64,000 nucleotides of DNA from Nitrospirota bacterium (GCA_963701855.1 CAVPBK010000006.1:128001-192000); one strand, 5' to 3'; counted from the first letter of the stretch, positions 20,509-30,875 are shown. Notes: generated by a model not told the origin, from the letters alone. Numbers and translations: made by a program.

Positions 20509-21330
20509 ATGTTACGTGAAGACACACAGGATCGACTCGTCGGGTGGTGCCGTCAGGCCCTCCGTTTTGTGTTGCCGGTCGAATGTATCACCTGTGGCCG
20601 GTCCCTCAGCACTGATCCGGTGCCCTTCTTCTGTACCGCGTGTTGGCACACCATCCGCCCGCTCCAGCAGCCAGTGTGTGCCCGCTGCGATCAGCCGTTT
20701 GTCTCGCCGGCGGCCACGGCCTATACCCCGAACCACCAATGTCAAGACTGTATAGAACGGCCGCCGGATTTTGAACGGGCCTGGACCCTTTTCCCCTATC
20801 TTCCGCCACTGCGGGAAGCCATCTGCGCATTCAAATATCGAGGCAAACATACATTGGCGCGGCCACTCGCGCGCCTGATGATCAGCGCCCTGCCAAGCGG
20901 GATCGATGTCGATGTGATTATTCCTGTACCCTTACACCCGGCCCGCTTACGATCGCGTGAATTTAATCAATCGTTGCTGCTGGCCGATCAGCTCAGCCAT
21001 CACTTAGCCCGGCCAGTTTTAACCACGAACCTCGCCAGGATCGCCGCCACTGATCCCCAAACCACATTAACGCGGCAGGCACGGTTGCGAAATCTACGGA
21101 AAGCGTTTGAAATCCGTAGACCGCAGGACCTCGCGGAGAAACGCATCCTCCTCGTGGACGATGTCTTCACCACTGGTACGACGTTGAACGAATGCGCGAA
21201 GACTTTAAGAAATGCCGGCGCCGGGCCAGTCTTTGCCCTGACGCTGGCCAGGACGGTCGATACGGGGCTGGTGCCGGATCGTCTCTTTGCCGAACAGGCT
21301 CAACAGTCCCTGACGACCATGGGAATATAA
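20509..21330 (+). CDS. comF: ComF family protein (double Zn ribbon plus PRTase)
   Basis: Four CxxC, PVPLH..R...R.FNQS, LLVDDVFTTGTT. Confidence 0.92.
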   Translation: MLREDTQDRLVGWCRQALRFVLPVECITCGRSLSTDPVPFFCTACWHTIRPLQQPVCARCDQPFVSPAATAYTPNHQCQDCIERPPDFERAWTLFPYLPPLREAICAFKYRGKHTLARPLARLMISALPSGIDVDVIIPVPLHPARLRSREFNQSLLLADQLSHHLARPVLTTNLARIAATDPQTTLTRQARLRNLRKAFEIRRPQDLAEKRILLVDDVFTTGTTLNECAKTLRNAGAGPVFALTLARTVDTGLVPDRLFAEQAQQSLTTMGI

Positions 21331-21333
21331 TCG

Positions 21334-21678
21334 ATGCCGTTATACGAATACCGCTGCCTCGACTGTAAGAAGTGCAGCACAGTCCTTGTATTAAGCCTGG
21401 CCAAACAGGCGCCGGCAGCCTGTTCCCATTGCGCGAGCGCACGAGTTGAACGAATCTTGTCTCGATTTGCCTCCCCGAAATCCGAAGAGGCTCGCCTTGA
21501 CGCTTCTTTGGACCTCAATAATCTTGCGGGACTCGATGAAAACAATCCACAGAGCATGGCTCGATTCATGAAAACAATGGGCAAGGAGATGGGCGAGGAT
21601 CTCGGTGACGATCTCTCAGAAGCAATGGAGTCGGATGAGACCGGCTCTGTAGAACCGGATAACACTGGCAGCCTATGA
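21334..21678 (+). CDS. FmdB family zinc-ribbon protein
   Basis: MPLYEYRCLDC...CSHC. Confidence 0.85.
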   Translation: MPLYEYRCLDCKKCSTVLVLSLAKQAPAACSHCASARVERILSRFASPKSEEARLDASLDLNNLAGLDENNPQSMARFMKTMGKEMGEDLGDDLSEAMESDETGSVEPDNTGSL

Positions 21679-21730
21679 CAGGAATTGTCATGTATTTTCA
21701 CTTGACAGATCGTTCGAGTTTGCCTACCCT
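21675..21730 (+). promoter_or_regulatory. sigma70-like promoter with an upstream palindromic operator
   Basis: ATGACA-N5-TGTCAT at 21675-21691; TTGACA(21702)-17 bp-TACCCT(21725). Confidence 0.5.
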
Positions 21731-21788
21731 GACGACAGTGTCCGGAGCCTCATGAGGCATATGGATCTCTATCGAACCAGGTTTTTCA

Positions 21789-21986
21789 ATGGCCAAAGAG
21801 CCCAAGAGCGAGCTGATGACGGCAGAGGAGACCTGCCACTATCTCAAAATCACCCCTCGCACACTCTATCGTTATCTACGGAGCCGCCAGATTCCCGCCT
21901 TCAAGCTTGGAAAAGAATGGCGCTTCGTACGCTCGGATCTGGAACAATGGATTCGCGATCGCACCAGAACCACGTTAGCGTCGTAA
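21789..21986 (+). CDS. excisionase-like HTH (HTH_17) DNA-binding protein
   Basis: LMTAEETCHYLKITPRTLYRYL...IPAFKLGKEWRF. Confidence 0.9.
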   Translation: MAKEPKSELMTAEETCHYLKITPRTLYRYLRSRQIPAFKLGKEWRFVRSDLEQWIRDRTRTTLAS

Positions 21987-22002
21987 AGGACAACCTACAT
22001 TG

Positions 22003-22443
22003 ATGTTCGCCGGTGAATATCTGTGCAAAGTGGATGAGAAGGGGCGGTTTATCGTCCCCTCGCCGATTCGTGAGCAGATTGAGTCTGAGGGACAGGCCGT
22101 CGTCTTCCTCAAGGGCCCCGAGGAATCGACGCTCATCTACTCCATGAAAGAGTGGGAAAAGGTTCTCGAACGGACGAAAGCCACGCTCGATGAAGACCAG
22201 AGTCGCCTGTTCATGCACTTCGTCGTGTCGGAAGCCGGCACATCGGAAATCGACAAAGCCGGACGCATTTTGATTCCTAGCCGGCTCAGAAAAATTATTC
22301 CGTTGGATGAGGACCAGGAAATCATTTTGGTTGGTTTGTACCATCGCATGGAGATCTGGAATCCGAGCACATGGCGCCGGTATATCGGCCAATCCGAAGA
22401 GCGATACGAGCAGAATATGTCCAAGATCCTCAACCTCCTGTAA
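22003..22443 (+). CDS. mraZ: MraZ-like transcriptional regulator
   Basis: Two DxxGR repeats (DEKGRF, DKAGRI), EIW motif; not within a dcw cluster. Confidence 0.85.
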   Translation: MFAGEYLCKVDEKGRFIVPSPIREQIESEGQAVVFLKGPEESTLIYSMKEWEKVLERTKATLDEDQSRLFMHFVVSEAGTSEIDKAGRILIPSRLRKIIPLDEDQEIILVGLYHRMEIWNPSTWRRYIGQSEERYEQNMSKILNLL

Positions 22444-22454
22444 CCCTGACGCGC

Positions 22455-23033
22455 ATGCCTACGTTTCAGCGCCCGCCTCGGATTCCTTCCTCTCCACGGG
22501 CCGTTCGTATGACCTCCTACCGGAACCCGGACAAGAAGGCCGCGGTGTCACGTATCGCACCGAGAACAACTCCAAAGTCCCGTATGCCTGGAATCTCCCC
22601 ATCACCGCATCCACCGACAGAACATTATGCGGTCGCCTTGACCCTCCCTGTGCCTCCCAGCGTGAACCATCAATATGCCACAGTGAACGGACGACGATTA
22701 ATCTCTTCCGTTAGTCGTGCCTATAAGGCCCAGGTAGGGCAACTTGTGTGGCTGAAGTTGGCGCAGTCCTCTCACCGAGCTGCCCTACTTGCACGGCTCC
22801 AATCAGAGTGGCTCACCCTCTCCATCCGATTCTATTTTACCTCGGCCCTGCGACGAGACGTCGATGGCGGGCTCAAGATCGCGCAGGACGCCCTCTGTGA
22901 AGGGCTCAGCATCAACGACAACCGCATCGTCGAAACCCACCTCTACAAGCACGTCGATAAGAACAATCCTCGAATCGAGATCTCTCTTTCAGCCTCATCT
23001 GCTCCCGAGGTTAATCCAATCTTCACATCGTAG
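22455..23033 (+). CDS. RusA-like Holliday junction resolvase
   Basis: LPVPPSVN, RRDVDGGLKIAQDAL, DNRIVE; start uncertain. Confidence 0.8.
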   Translation: MPTFQRPPRIPSSPRAVRMTSYRNPDKKAAVSRIAPRTTPKSRMPGISPSPHPPTEHYAVALTLPVPPSVNHQYATVNGRRLISSVSRAYKAQVGQLVWLKLAQSSHRAALLARLQSEWLTLSIRFYFTSALRRDVDGGLKIAQDALCEGLSINDNRIVETHLYKHVDKNNPRIEISLSASSAPEVNPIFTS

Positions 23034-23094
23034 CCTCCCTTCTAAAAACTGTACCCTAAAGTATTTCCTCCATCTTGCCGAATAGAGAACACCA

Positions 23095-23277
23095 TTGCCT
23101 TGCCCAATACGCAAACAAAGCTCCACAATCTTTATGGCACTAAGTCAAGACCGGAACGGGGACACCTCTCTGAGCCAACACGCCCTCACAACCTGCGCAC
23201 TCTCTCTTCTGATTGGGAAGACCTTTAACTTTAATCCGCTTGAACTCCGCGAATTGGCAACAGCCGCAGTTTCATGA
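23095..23277 (+). pseudogene. internal fragment of an HD-GYP paralogue
   Basis: IFMALSQDRNGDTSLSQHALTTCALSLLIGKTF..LELRELATAA aligns with TFMAMSHGRHLDASFNNHSLAVCTLATIIGQAL..MKLHELATGA in the next gene. Confidence 0.7.
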
Positions 23278-23374
23278 ATCGTGCAGACTGCTCGGATTCA
23301 AGATCCGAGTATGGCGAACCGATAGGGGATCGTCGGCTCTTGCCCGATCCCACTTCATGATCGATCGGTGTGGA

Positions 23375-24592
23375 ATGCGCAAACGTATCCCTCTGCATCA
23401 ACTTCAGGTTGGAATGTATGTGGCAGGGATCGACTGCTCGTGGTTCCGTACCCCGTTTCTGAGACACCGATTTCTGGTTCAAACCATCGAGCAGGTTGAA
23501 CGTTTGCGGCGATCCAATATCCACGCCGTGGATATCGACTCCTCCAAAGGACTCGATGTGACGTCCTTCCCGATAGCCGAAGCGGCTCTCCACACGATTG
23601 GCTTACAGACCTCCATCCAAATAGCCCCGGTCCAGGATGCACCCCGTTCAGTTGAAACACTGCGCCAGGAACTCATAACGGCCCAAGAGACGCGTGACAA
23701 ACTGATTCAGTCGGTCAAAACCGTCTTCGACGAAATCAGTAAAACGGGCGCCGCAAGGCCAGAACCGGTCAACGAAGCCGTACAGGAAATCACCATCGTC
23801 ACGCGAACCCTCAGCACCCACGCCACATTCATGGCAATGAGCCATGGACGGCATCTCGATGCCTCCTTCAATAACCATAGCCTCGCCGTCTGCACACTGG
23901 CAACGATTATCGGCCAAGCTCTGGGATATGATCTGATGAAGCTCCACGAGTTGGCGACCGGTGCGTTACTGCATGACATCGGGTTGTTTCAACTTCCCCG
24001 CCATCTATTCCGCACATCGACTCCCCTCTCCGGTGAAGACCTGGCAGCCTTTCGCCACCATCCACGGCTCGGCGCCATTGCGATTGAGTCTCAACGCGAG
24101 TTCCCCCAGACCGTCCGCCGAATCGCTGCTGAGCACCATGTCACACTCGATGGGCAAGGCTATCCCGCTGAAACATCGGCAGGCTCCACAGCGGAAGCAA
24201 GTCGCATTGTGATGATCGCGGATCGATACGATGAGTTACTGACCGGATTCGGAGGGCTCCAACCGCGGCCTTCTCACACAGCAATTCAACAATTATTTCA
24301 AGAAGGAGAATTCGGCCGTCTCGACCTTCATCTCGTGTCCCTGTTCATCAAGCTGGTTGGCATCTATCCCGTCTACAGCGTCGTGGAGCTCAATACGAAA
24401 GAACGGGGAATGATCATCGCGATTAATCCCACCACCCTGCATCAGCCGATCCTCGTGTTAACCTATGACGAGACAGGCAACCTATACCGAAATCCGCTCA
24501 CGATCGATCTCTCCAACCAGAACCAGCCTCCCATGCGGTCTATTGAACGTGTGGTCATATCAAAATCAAGGGAAGCAAGTCGCGCAGCGTAA
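23375..24592 (+). CDS. HD-GYP domain c-di-GMP phosphodiesterase-like protein
   Basis: LLHDIG, HH..DGQGYP, IADRYD, GIYPVYSVVELN. Confidence 0.88.
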   Translation: MRKRIPLHQLQVGMYVAGIDCSWFRTPFLRHRFLVQTIEQVERLRRSNIHAVDIDSSKGLDVTSFPIAEAALHTIGLQTSIQIAPVQDAPRSVETLRQELITAQETRDKLIQSVKTVFDEISKTGAARPEPVNEAVQEITIVTRTLSTHATFMAMSHGRHLDASFNNHSLAVCTLATIIGQALGYDLMKLHELATGALLHDIGLFQLPRHLFRTSTPLSGEDLAAFRHHPRLGAIAIESQREFPQTVRRIAAEHHVTLDGQGYPAETSAGSTAEASRIVMIADRYDELLTGFGGLQPRPSHTAIQQLFQEGEFGRLDLHLVSLFIKLVGIYPVYSVVELNTKERGMIIAINPTTLHQPILVLTYDETGNLYRNPLTIDLSNQNQPPMRSIERVVISKSREASRAA

Positions 24593-24597
24593 CTAGG

Positions 24598-24652
24598 CTG
24601 TTATTTGGTTTTTTGGTTCATCTTGTTTATTTTGTTGAACCAGACCAGCCAG
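24598..24652. repeat. family C inverted 9-mer array
   Basis: (tttatttgg)n GTTGAAC cagaccag. Confidence 0.65.
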
Positions 24653-24763
24653 GTTTGTCCCAGACGTGCATACATTCGAAGTTCTGCTGCGCCAAAATGG
24701 TTTTCTCACAACCTGCTAAGGCCCTGTGCTGGACAAGAGTCACCAGATCTCCAAGACCTTCGC

Positions 24764-25999
24764 CTATTCGTACCGGAGCGCTTCAATAGGATTGAGGCGA
24801 GCAGCCTTGTTGGCAGGGTACAATCCGAAGAACAGGCCCACCACGAGTGAGAAGAAGAACGCGAGGACGATAACGTTGCCGGAAATGATGGTCGGCCAGC
24901 CGGCAATCAGCGTCGTCAACTTCGCCCCGGTAATCCCCAAAGCGATCCCCAACACGCCTCCCACCAGGCTCAGCGTCATGGCTTCGATCAGGAACTGCAT
25001 CACAATGTGCCGGCGTTTCGCCCCCACCGCCATGCGGACACCGATCTCTCTCGTCCGTTCCGTCACGGACACGAGCAAGATATTCATAATGCCGATCCCG
25101 CCGACTAACAGGGACACCGAGGCAATGGCGAACAACATCATGGTCAGGGTTTCACTGGTGCCTTCTTGAACCTTCCCGATATCGACCTGCGTCCTGATCG
25201 TAAAGTCGTCGTCCTGCTCCGTCTGAAGCCGGTGCCGCGCCCGCAACACCTCTCGAATCTGTTCTGCAGCCATCGGCAAATCCTCGACCTGATCAGTCGA
25301 GCCGAACATCGCCCCGACGGACCCAATAAATGACGTCCCGAACACCTTCCGTTCTGCCGTGCTGAAGGGGATAAAAATCACATCGTCTTGGTCAGACCCT
25401 TGCGCAGACTGGCCTTTCGGCGAAAGAACTCCGATGACACGGAACGGCACGTTCTTGATGCGAATCACTGCCCCCACCGGCTCTTCGCCTGGCTCAAACA
25501 GATTCCCCACGATAGTTTGGCCGATGAGCGCAACTCGGGCGGCGCTATCCAAGTCAGTCTGAGTAAAGGGGCCTCCACTCGTAAAGGACCAATCACGAAT
25601 CGTCAGATAACTCGGTGAGATGCCGTTGATCGGTCCGTTCCAATTCCGGTTCCCATAAACAATTTGCATGACATCGCGCTTGGCCCATCCGGTATCGGCC
25701 AGTAAAGGAATGCGCTTCTTCAAGTCCAAGGCGTCGGACACCGTAAGTGTCACGGCGCTCCCCTGACTCCCTCGTACGCCGCTCGCAGAAGTCACCCCAG
25801 GAAAGATGACAATGACGTTCGTACCCATCGTCGCAATCTGCGCTTGCACGGCCCTCTTGGCGCCTTCGCCGATACTCACCATTGCAATGACCGCCGCCAC
25901 ACCGATAACGATCCCGAGCATCGTAAGACCGGCACGCATCCGATTCCGAGCTAAGATCCGCAACGCGGTCAGAATGGTGAGCCACACAAACGCCGACAT
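24764..25999 (-). CDS. MacB-type ABC permease
   Basis: LTMLGIVIGV, GGIGIMNILLVSVTERTREIG. Confidence 0.95.
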   Translation of the reverse strand: MSAFVWLTILTALRILARNRMRAGLTMLGIVIGVAAVIAMVSIGEGAKRAVQAQIATMGTNVIVIFPGVTSASGVRGSQGSAVTLTVSDALDLKKRIPLLADTGWAKRDVMQIVYGNRNWNGPINGISPSYLTIRDWSFTSGGPFTQTDLDSAARVALIGQTIVGNLFEPGEEPVGAVIRIKNVPFRVIGVLSPKGQSAQGSDQDDVIFIPFSTAERKVFGTSFIGSVGAMFGSTDQVEDLPMAAEQIREVLRARHRLQTEQDDDFTIRTQVDIGKVQEGTSETLTMMLFAIASVSLLVGGIGIMNILLVSVTERTREIGVRMAVGAKRRHIVMQFLIEAMTLSLVGGVLGIALGITGAKLTTLIAGWPTIISGNVIVLAFFFSLVVGLFFGLYPANKAARLNPIEALRYE

Positions 26000-26004
26000 C
26001 TAGC

Positions 26005-26265
26005 AGCCCTCATTATTCATGACGGTTCGTCGCGAAATCCCTGAGCCGCGTCGCGAGACCAGCGCGCGGAGCCCGGGGGACTGACACCCTTCCCCGCGTC
26101 CGCGCGTGGTGCCTGTCCCTGTTCGGACGGGGACAGGCGCCAGGAAGAAGGGCGCCTGTCCCCACAAGTACGGTGAGGGGCCGAGGAGCGAGCCCGCTGG
26201 TCGAAGGCTCGTCGTAGCAGCGGATCGGCGATTGTAGTAGAAGCGTTCATGATTAATGCGGGCTA
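26005..26265. mobile_element. family A MITE-like element
   Basis: Terminal inverted repeats gccc(g/t)cattattcatga / tcatga(a/t)taatgcgggc; homologues at 29533 and 44324. Confidence 0.75.
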
Positions 26266-26988
26266 TACCTCAACTGGGCTGGGCATTGGCCGCGCTTTGG
26301 TTACGCGGTCGCTTAACACCTGTCCGTCTTTAATCACAATCTCTCGGGCCGCATAGGCCGCAACATCAACCTCGTGCGTCACTAAAATAATTGTAATCCC
26401 TTCATCGCGGTTCAGCGTATCCAGGACTTTCATAATTTCCTGGCTCGATTGGGTGTCCAGGTTGCCGGTCGGTTCATCGGCAAGAAGCAACGAGGGCGAT
26501 GTGACCAACGCTCGTGCAATCGCCACACGTTGTTGCTGCCCTCCCGACAATTGGGTGGGATAATGGTGCTCTCTACCCTGAAGCCCTACCCGCCCTAACG
26601 CCGCTGCCGCTTGCGCCCGTTGTTCTCTGAGCGAGAGCCCTCGATAGAACAACGGAAGCTGCGCATTTTCGAGCGCGCTGGTTCTGGGAATGAGATTGAA
26701 GCTCTGAAAGACGAACCCGATCTGTTGATTGCGGATGCCGGCCAATTGATCGGGCTTCAGGTTACTTACCTCTATCCCGTTCAGCCGATAGCGCCCCTTC
26801 GTCGGTTGGTCGAGACAACCTAGAATATTCATCAGGGTGGACTTGCCGGAGCCGGAAGACCCCATGATGGCAACAAACTCACCTTGTTCAATCGTGAGGC
26901 TCAGACCGCGCAAGGCTTGGACTTCCATGTCGCCGACACGATAGATCTTCCACACATCCTCACATTCGATCAGCGAGCCCATAGACAT
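26263..26988 (-). CDS. MacB-type ABC ATP-binding protein
   Basis: [26 protein letters not shown]. Confidence 0.95.
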   Translation of the reverse strand: MSMGSLIECEDVWKIYRVGDMEVQALRGLSLTIEQGEFVAIMGSSGSGKSTLMNILGCLDQPTKGRYRLNGIEVSNLKPDQLAGIRNQQIGFVFQSFNLIPRTSALENAQLPLFYRGLSLREQRAQAAAALGRVGLQGREHHYPTQLSGGQQQRVAIARALVTSPSLLLADEPTGNLDTQSSQEIMKVLDTLNRDEGITIILVTHEVDVAAYAAREIVIKDGQVLSDRVTKARPMPSPVEV

Positions 26989-27030
26989 CCCTCGATCTGA
27001 CCTGGTTTTTTCTTTACCACTTCAAAGCAC

Positions 27031-27125
27031 TGGGCAGGGTCGAGGTGCTTTCTCCTGCGCGAGGCCAACGAGCACCTTCCATGGTGTGTGCTGTCTGAGC
27101 ACAGAAAGCACCCGCACCCTGCCCA
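27031..27125. repeat. family D hairpin element
   Basis: Arms tgggcagggt..ggtgctttct / agaaagcacc..accctgccca around the TGCGCG..GAGCAC core. Confidence 0.75.
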
Positions 27126-27130
27126 CCCCC

Positions 27131-28408
27131 CTACATCCCACGATTGCGCGAGGAGCCCCGCTGGCCGCCGCTCCCAAATCCTGGAGGCAGGTCGCTCCCA
27201 CTCCGGTCGCCTTTGGGTCGCTCAATCCCCACGACTACAAGTGCGCCTTCAGACAAGCCCTCCGACACAATCTCCGTTGCCAAACCATCAGAAATACCCG
27301 TTTGGATCTGCATAGACTCTAGTTCTCCCGACACGCCCTGCATCCAAACGGTTCGACTAAGCGCCGTGGCTCCCCTGCCGGCGCCCGCTGCCTGCTCTAC
27401 GCCCTTCCCTTTGCTCGGCGTGCCGCTGGACGTGGAGCGATCGGCAGTGCCCGCTGTCGGGGGTGTAAATCGCAACGCGGCATTCGGTACTTTGAGCACG
27501 GCGTCTCGTTGAGCCACAACGATGGAAACGTTCGCGGTCATCCCAGGCTTCAGGCGGAGATCCTGATTATCGACACTGACCACCACGTTGTAAGTCACCA
27601 CATTTTGCACATTGATCGGTGCAAGACGGACCTGACGGATCGTGCCTGAAAATGGATACCCTGGATATGCATCGACTGTGAAGGTGGCCTCCTTCCCTTC
27701 GGTGATCCCCCCGATATCCGACTCACTGACATTGGTGTCGACTTGCATCTTCGTCAGATCGAGTGCGATTAAAAAGAGATTCGGTGTGGCAAAACTAGCT
27801 GCAATCGTTTGACCTACCTCCACATTTCTGGCGACTACGATCCCGTTCACCGGCGAGCGAATGACGGTGTACTTCAAGTCTAACTCTACAGCATTCAACG
27901 CTGCCTCAACCTGTTTCACTTGCGCTCCCGCCACGTTCATCTGCGCCTCAGCCGCCTGGAAATTCGTCGCAGCGACGTCGACATCGTTCTGAGAGACGAA
28001 CTGCTGCGCCACCAACGATTTCACCCGGTCCAGTTCACGCTTGCGTTGAGCCAGGTCGGTTCTGGCTCGTGCGACATTCGCTTTCGACATTTCAAGATTG
28101 CTGACAGCTTGATCGCGACGAGCTCTGAGCGGTTCCGGATCGATGACGGCCACGATATCGCCGGCTTTGACCACCGAATTGAAATCAGCATGCAGGCTCT
28201 TGATCATGCCGGACACTTGGGTCCCAACCTGAACTGAGACGACAGGATTGATCGTTCCTGTCGCAGTCACAAGTGAAATTACGGGGCCTCGCTCAACCGC
28301 GGCACTCCGATAGCGAACAGGGGTTTTACGCTCTCCATTGAAGAAGACATAGCCTCCAATGGCCAGCCCGACCGCCAGAACACTCATGATTAGGATGGCA
28401 CGGCGCAT
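27131..28408 (-). CDS. MacA-type periplasmic adaptor (membrane fusion protein)
   Basis: VQVGTQVSG, IRSPVNGIV, LKPGMTANV. Confidence 0.93.
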   Translation of the reverse strand: MRRAILIMSVLAVGLAIGGYVFFNGERKTPVRYRSAAVERGPVISLVTATGTINPVVSVQVGTQVSGMIKSLHADFNSVVKAGDIVAVIDPEPLRARRDQAVSNLEMSKANVARARTDLAQRKRELDRVKSLVAQQFVSQNDVDVAATNFQAAEAQMNVAGAQVKQVEAALNAVELDLKYTVIRSPVNGIVVARNVEVGQTIAASFATPNLFLIALDLTKMQVDTNVSESDIGGITEGKEATFTVDAYPGYPFSGTIRQVRLAPINVQNVVTYNVVVSVDNQDLRLKPGMTANVSIVVAQRDAVLKVPNAALRFTPPTAGTADRSTSSGTPSKGKGVEQAAGAGRGATALSRTVWMQGVSGELESMQIQTGISDGLATEIVSEGLSEGALVVVGIERPKGDRSGSDLPPGFGSGGQRGSSRNRGM

Positions 28409-28514
28409 CGACACCTTCTCCTATTCCTTCGCCTACTTGGTATGCATTGTATCAACAAGGTTGCGGGGGAAGCATCAAGCTGAAACAGCCTCCTTATGGC
28501 TTCGTAAAAACGAA

Positions 28515-28544
28515 CAGGCCGTCCGCCACTCGGCGGACGGCCTG
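28515..28544 (-). terminator. intrinsic terminator
   Basis: caggccgtccgcc-loop-ggcggacggcctg followed by a T-rich tract on the minus strand. Confidence 0.75.
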
Positions 28545-28570
28545 CCAGACTCCCCGGGCTATAGCTCCGA

Positions 28571-29275
28571 TCAGGGACTGACGCTGATCCGCTCCTTGAT
28601 CAAATCAAAGGTTTCCTTGGGCACCACGTTCTTGGCGACCAATTCACCCTTCACCCGGTACGGACGATTCGTCACAATGCGGTCTGCCACGTCTTTGGAT
28701 AGGCCGAGCACGAGCACCATATCACCGGCAGATGCCTTATTGACGTTCATAGAGGATGCGATGGGCTGAGGGGCTGTCATCGCCGGGGAAGCCGGCGCCC
28801 CTGAAGGAACGGGACTCACGGACGGCGCGGAAGGCGCCGAGGCTCCTGTCACGGAACGCGATTGATCTTTCAATTCTTTTTGATATCGAGCCACCAGGGA
28901 TTTGAGCGTCTCGTTATGCTGCTTCACATCCTCATATTCATGACGCAAAGCCCGATTCTGGAACGTGAGCTGCCTCACAGAAGCTTCGAGTTCCTTGGTC
29001 CGACCTTCGACACTGCCTCGTTCCTTGTCACGGCCATGTTGAATGCGCTCAAGCTCATCGTGGGCGACCTGAGCTTCGTTCCCAAATTTCATATTGAGAT
29101 CTTTGAGCGTCTTGACTTGCTGTTCCAAGGCATTCTTTTGTGCGCGGACCAGAGCCAACTCGGACCTGGCCGAATCGGTGTCGACCATCGCCTCCTCGTA
29201 CTTCTTTTGACTGACACAGCCGACCATTGAGACTGCGCCGATCATGACGATCGCCGCCATCCACCATGACTTCAT
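28571..29275 (-). CDS. lipoprotein with coiled coil and C-terminal helix-hairpin-helix-like domain
   Basis: Lipobox MVGC, heptad region, Pro/Ser linker, MNVNKASAGDMVLVLGLSKDVADRIVTNRPY. Confidence 0.75.
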   Translation of the reverse strand: MKSWWMAAIVMIGAVSMVGCVSQKKYEEAMVDTDSARSELALVRAQKNALEQQVKTLKDLNMKFGNEAQVAHDELERIQHGRDKERGSVEGRTKELEASVRQLTFQNRALRHEYEDVKQHNETLKSLVARYQKELKDQSRSVTGASAPSAPSVSPVPSGAPASPAMTAPQPIASSMNVNKASAGDMVLVLGLSKDVADRIVTNRPYRVKGELVAKNVVPKETFDLIKERISVSP

Positions 29276-29532
29276 GCGTACCTCCCCTCCCACTGAACGT
29301 GGTATCTGCAACAGATGTCGATTACCCCTCTCATATCCAACAGGCCTGTCGGAATATGAGAGGGCAGTACGGCACCTATACGTACAATGCTGTGTTTATG
29401 CCAAGCCTGTCATTTTGTCAACACATTAACGGGTCCTCCGCCACCACAAAATTGTCGTGCGAGGGTGCAGCGAATCTTCTACCTGCTTGACGGACTGTCC
29501 TCACTTTGTGAATATGCCCGAGACTCACCGTC

Positions 29533-29748
29533 TAGCCCGCATTATTCATGACGGTTCGTGGCGAAATCGCGCAGTCGCCAAGCGAGACAGGCGCGCGGAG
29601 CCGTGAGGGAGGGACGCATACTTGAAACAGTATGTTGACCGGCCGAACGGCGAGCCCGCCTGCCTGGACGCTGGGCCAACCGCGTCCAGGCTTGTCGTAG
29701 CGGCGAATCCGCGATTGCAGCAGAAGCGTTCATGAATAATGCGGGCTA
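29533..29748. mobile_element. family A MITE-like element
   Basis: tagcccgcattattcatga ... tcatgaataatgcgggcta, perfect terminal inverted repeat. Confidence 0.8.
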
Positions 29749-29776
29749 AACACAATCTATCTCGGAAAGACATTGC

Positions 29777-30655
29777 ATGAACGAATGGGGTCCTGGTCTC
29801 GCGACGATCTTAGGTATCGTGGAGGGGCTGACAGAGTTTCTACCCGTTTCATCGACCGGCCATTTGATTCTCGTCGGCCACGTCCTAGGATTCGAGGGAG
29901 ACCTCGCTGCCAGCGCCGAGATTTCGATCCAACTTGGCGCCATCCTGGCCGTCATCGCCTATGAACGGCACAAACTCCTGTCCATGATCGGGCAAGCCGG
30001 ACGGGAACAGCAGGACGTCTCCGCGATGATCCGGACACGTGGGACGACCCCATGGTCGACAGTCCTACAAAACTCCTGGGCAACTCACCCAAATCTCTGG
30101 TTTCTCATCGGACTGGGTCTCGCCTTCTTGCCTGCCGCCGCGATCGGATTTCTCACCCATAGCTGGATCAAAAACCATCTCTTCACTCCGCAAACTGTGG
30201 CTGCTTCCTCCATCGTCGGGGGCCTGATTATTCTCGCAGTCGAAGCGCGCCGTGACCAGGCAAAGATCCACCAACTCGAACAGGTGAGCCTGACATCCGC
30301 ATTCTGGATCGGCATGGCTCAGTGCGCCTCATTACTGCCCGGCATGTCACGATCCGGCTCCACGATCATCGGAGGACTCCTCGTAGGACTGGATCGAAAA
30401 GTCGCCACGGAGTACTCGTTCTTTCTCGCACTTCCAACCCTCATCGTCGCGACCTGCTATCAAATGTGGAAATCCCGGGACGTCTTTAGGCAAGACGACT
30501 ATCTGGCTCTCGGGATCGGAATGCTCGTGTCATTCGTCGTTGCTTGGATTGTGATCGCGGCCTTTCTTACGTTTGTGAAACGCCATACACTCCGGCCGTT
30601 TGCCTATTACCGTATCCTTATGGGCATCGTCGTCTTCTATATCTTCGGCTTCTAG
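29777..30655 (+). CDS. uppP: undecaprenyl-diphosphate phosphatase
   Basis: GIVEGLTEFLPVSSTGH, PGMSRSGST. Confidence 0.96.
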   Translation: MNEWGPGLATILGIVEGLTEFLPVSSTGHLILVGHVLGFEGDLAASAEISIQLGAILAVIAYERHKLLSMIGQAGREQQDVSAMIRTRGTTPWSTVLQNSWATHPNLWFLIGLGLAFLPAAAIGFLTHSWIKNHLFTPQTVAASSIVGGLIILAVEARRDQAKIHQLEQVSLTSAFWIGMAQCASLLPGMSRSGSTIIGGLLVGLDRKVATEYSFFLALPTLIVATCYQMWKSRDVFRQDDYLALGIGMLVSFVVAWIVIAAFLTFVKRHTLRPFAYYRILMGIVVFYIFGF

Positions 30656-30875
30656 CAGGATGCTGAAAAAGGAAGGAACGGGTGGCCTGGTCGTCCTCCA
30701 GCTTGCGGAACGCGCACACTCGAAAGGTGCTCGTTCGGCGCGCGCAAGCGAGGGTCGACCAGGCCACCCGTTAGAGATAGTGTGAAAGACCGCTGCCAGC
30801 CTTGCTTGCGGAACGGCGCGTCTTGGCGCGCCGGGGTGGGGTAGGTGAGAAGTCCGGCCTTTTTGAGCATCCTGC
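30653..30875. mobile_element. composite family B element containing a family D hairpin (30677-30772)
   Basis: gcaggatgctgaaaaagg ... cctttttgagcatcctgc; inner arms aacgggtggcctggtcg / cgaccaggccacccgtt. Confidence 0.75.

Noticed and set aside
21789..23033. Prophage (Xis-like gene plus RusA)
   Set aside because: No integrase, structural or replication genes nearby; the flanks are housekeeping
26017..26250. Short ORFs MNAS...IAD (also 29542-29733) and other ORFs inside repeats
   Set aside because: Translations of MITE-like repeats; length and frame are not conserved
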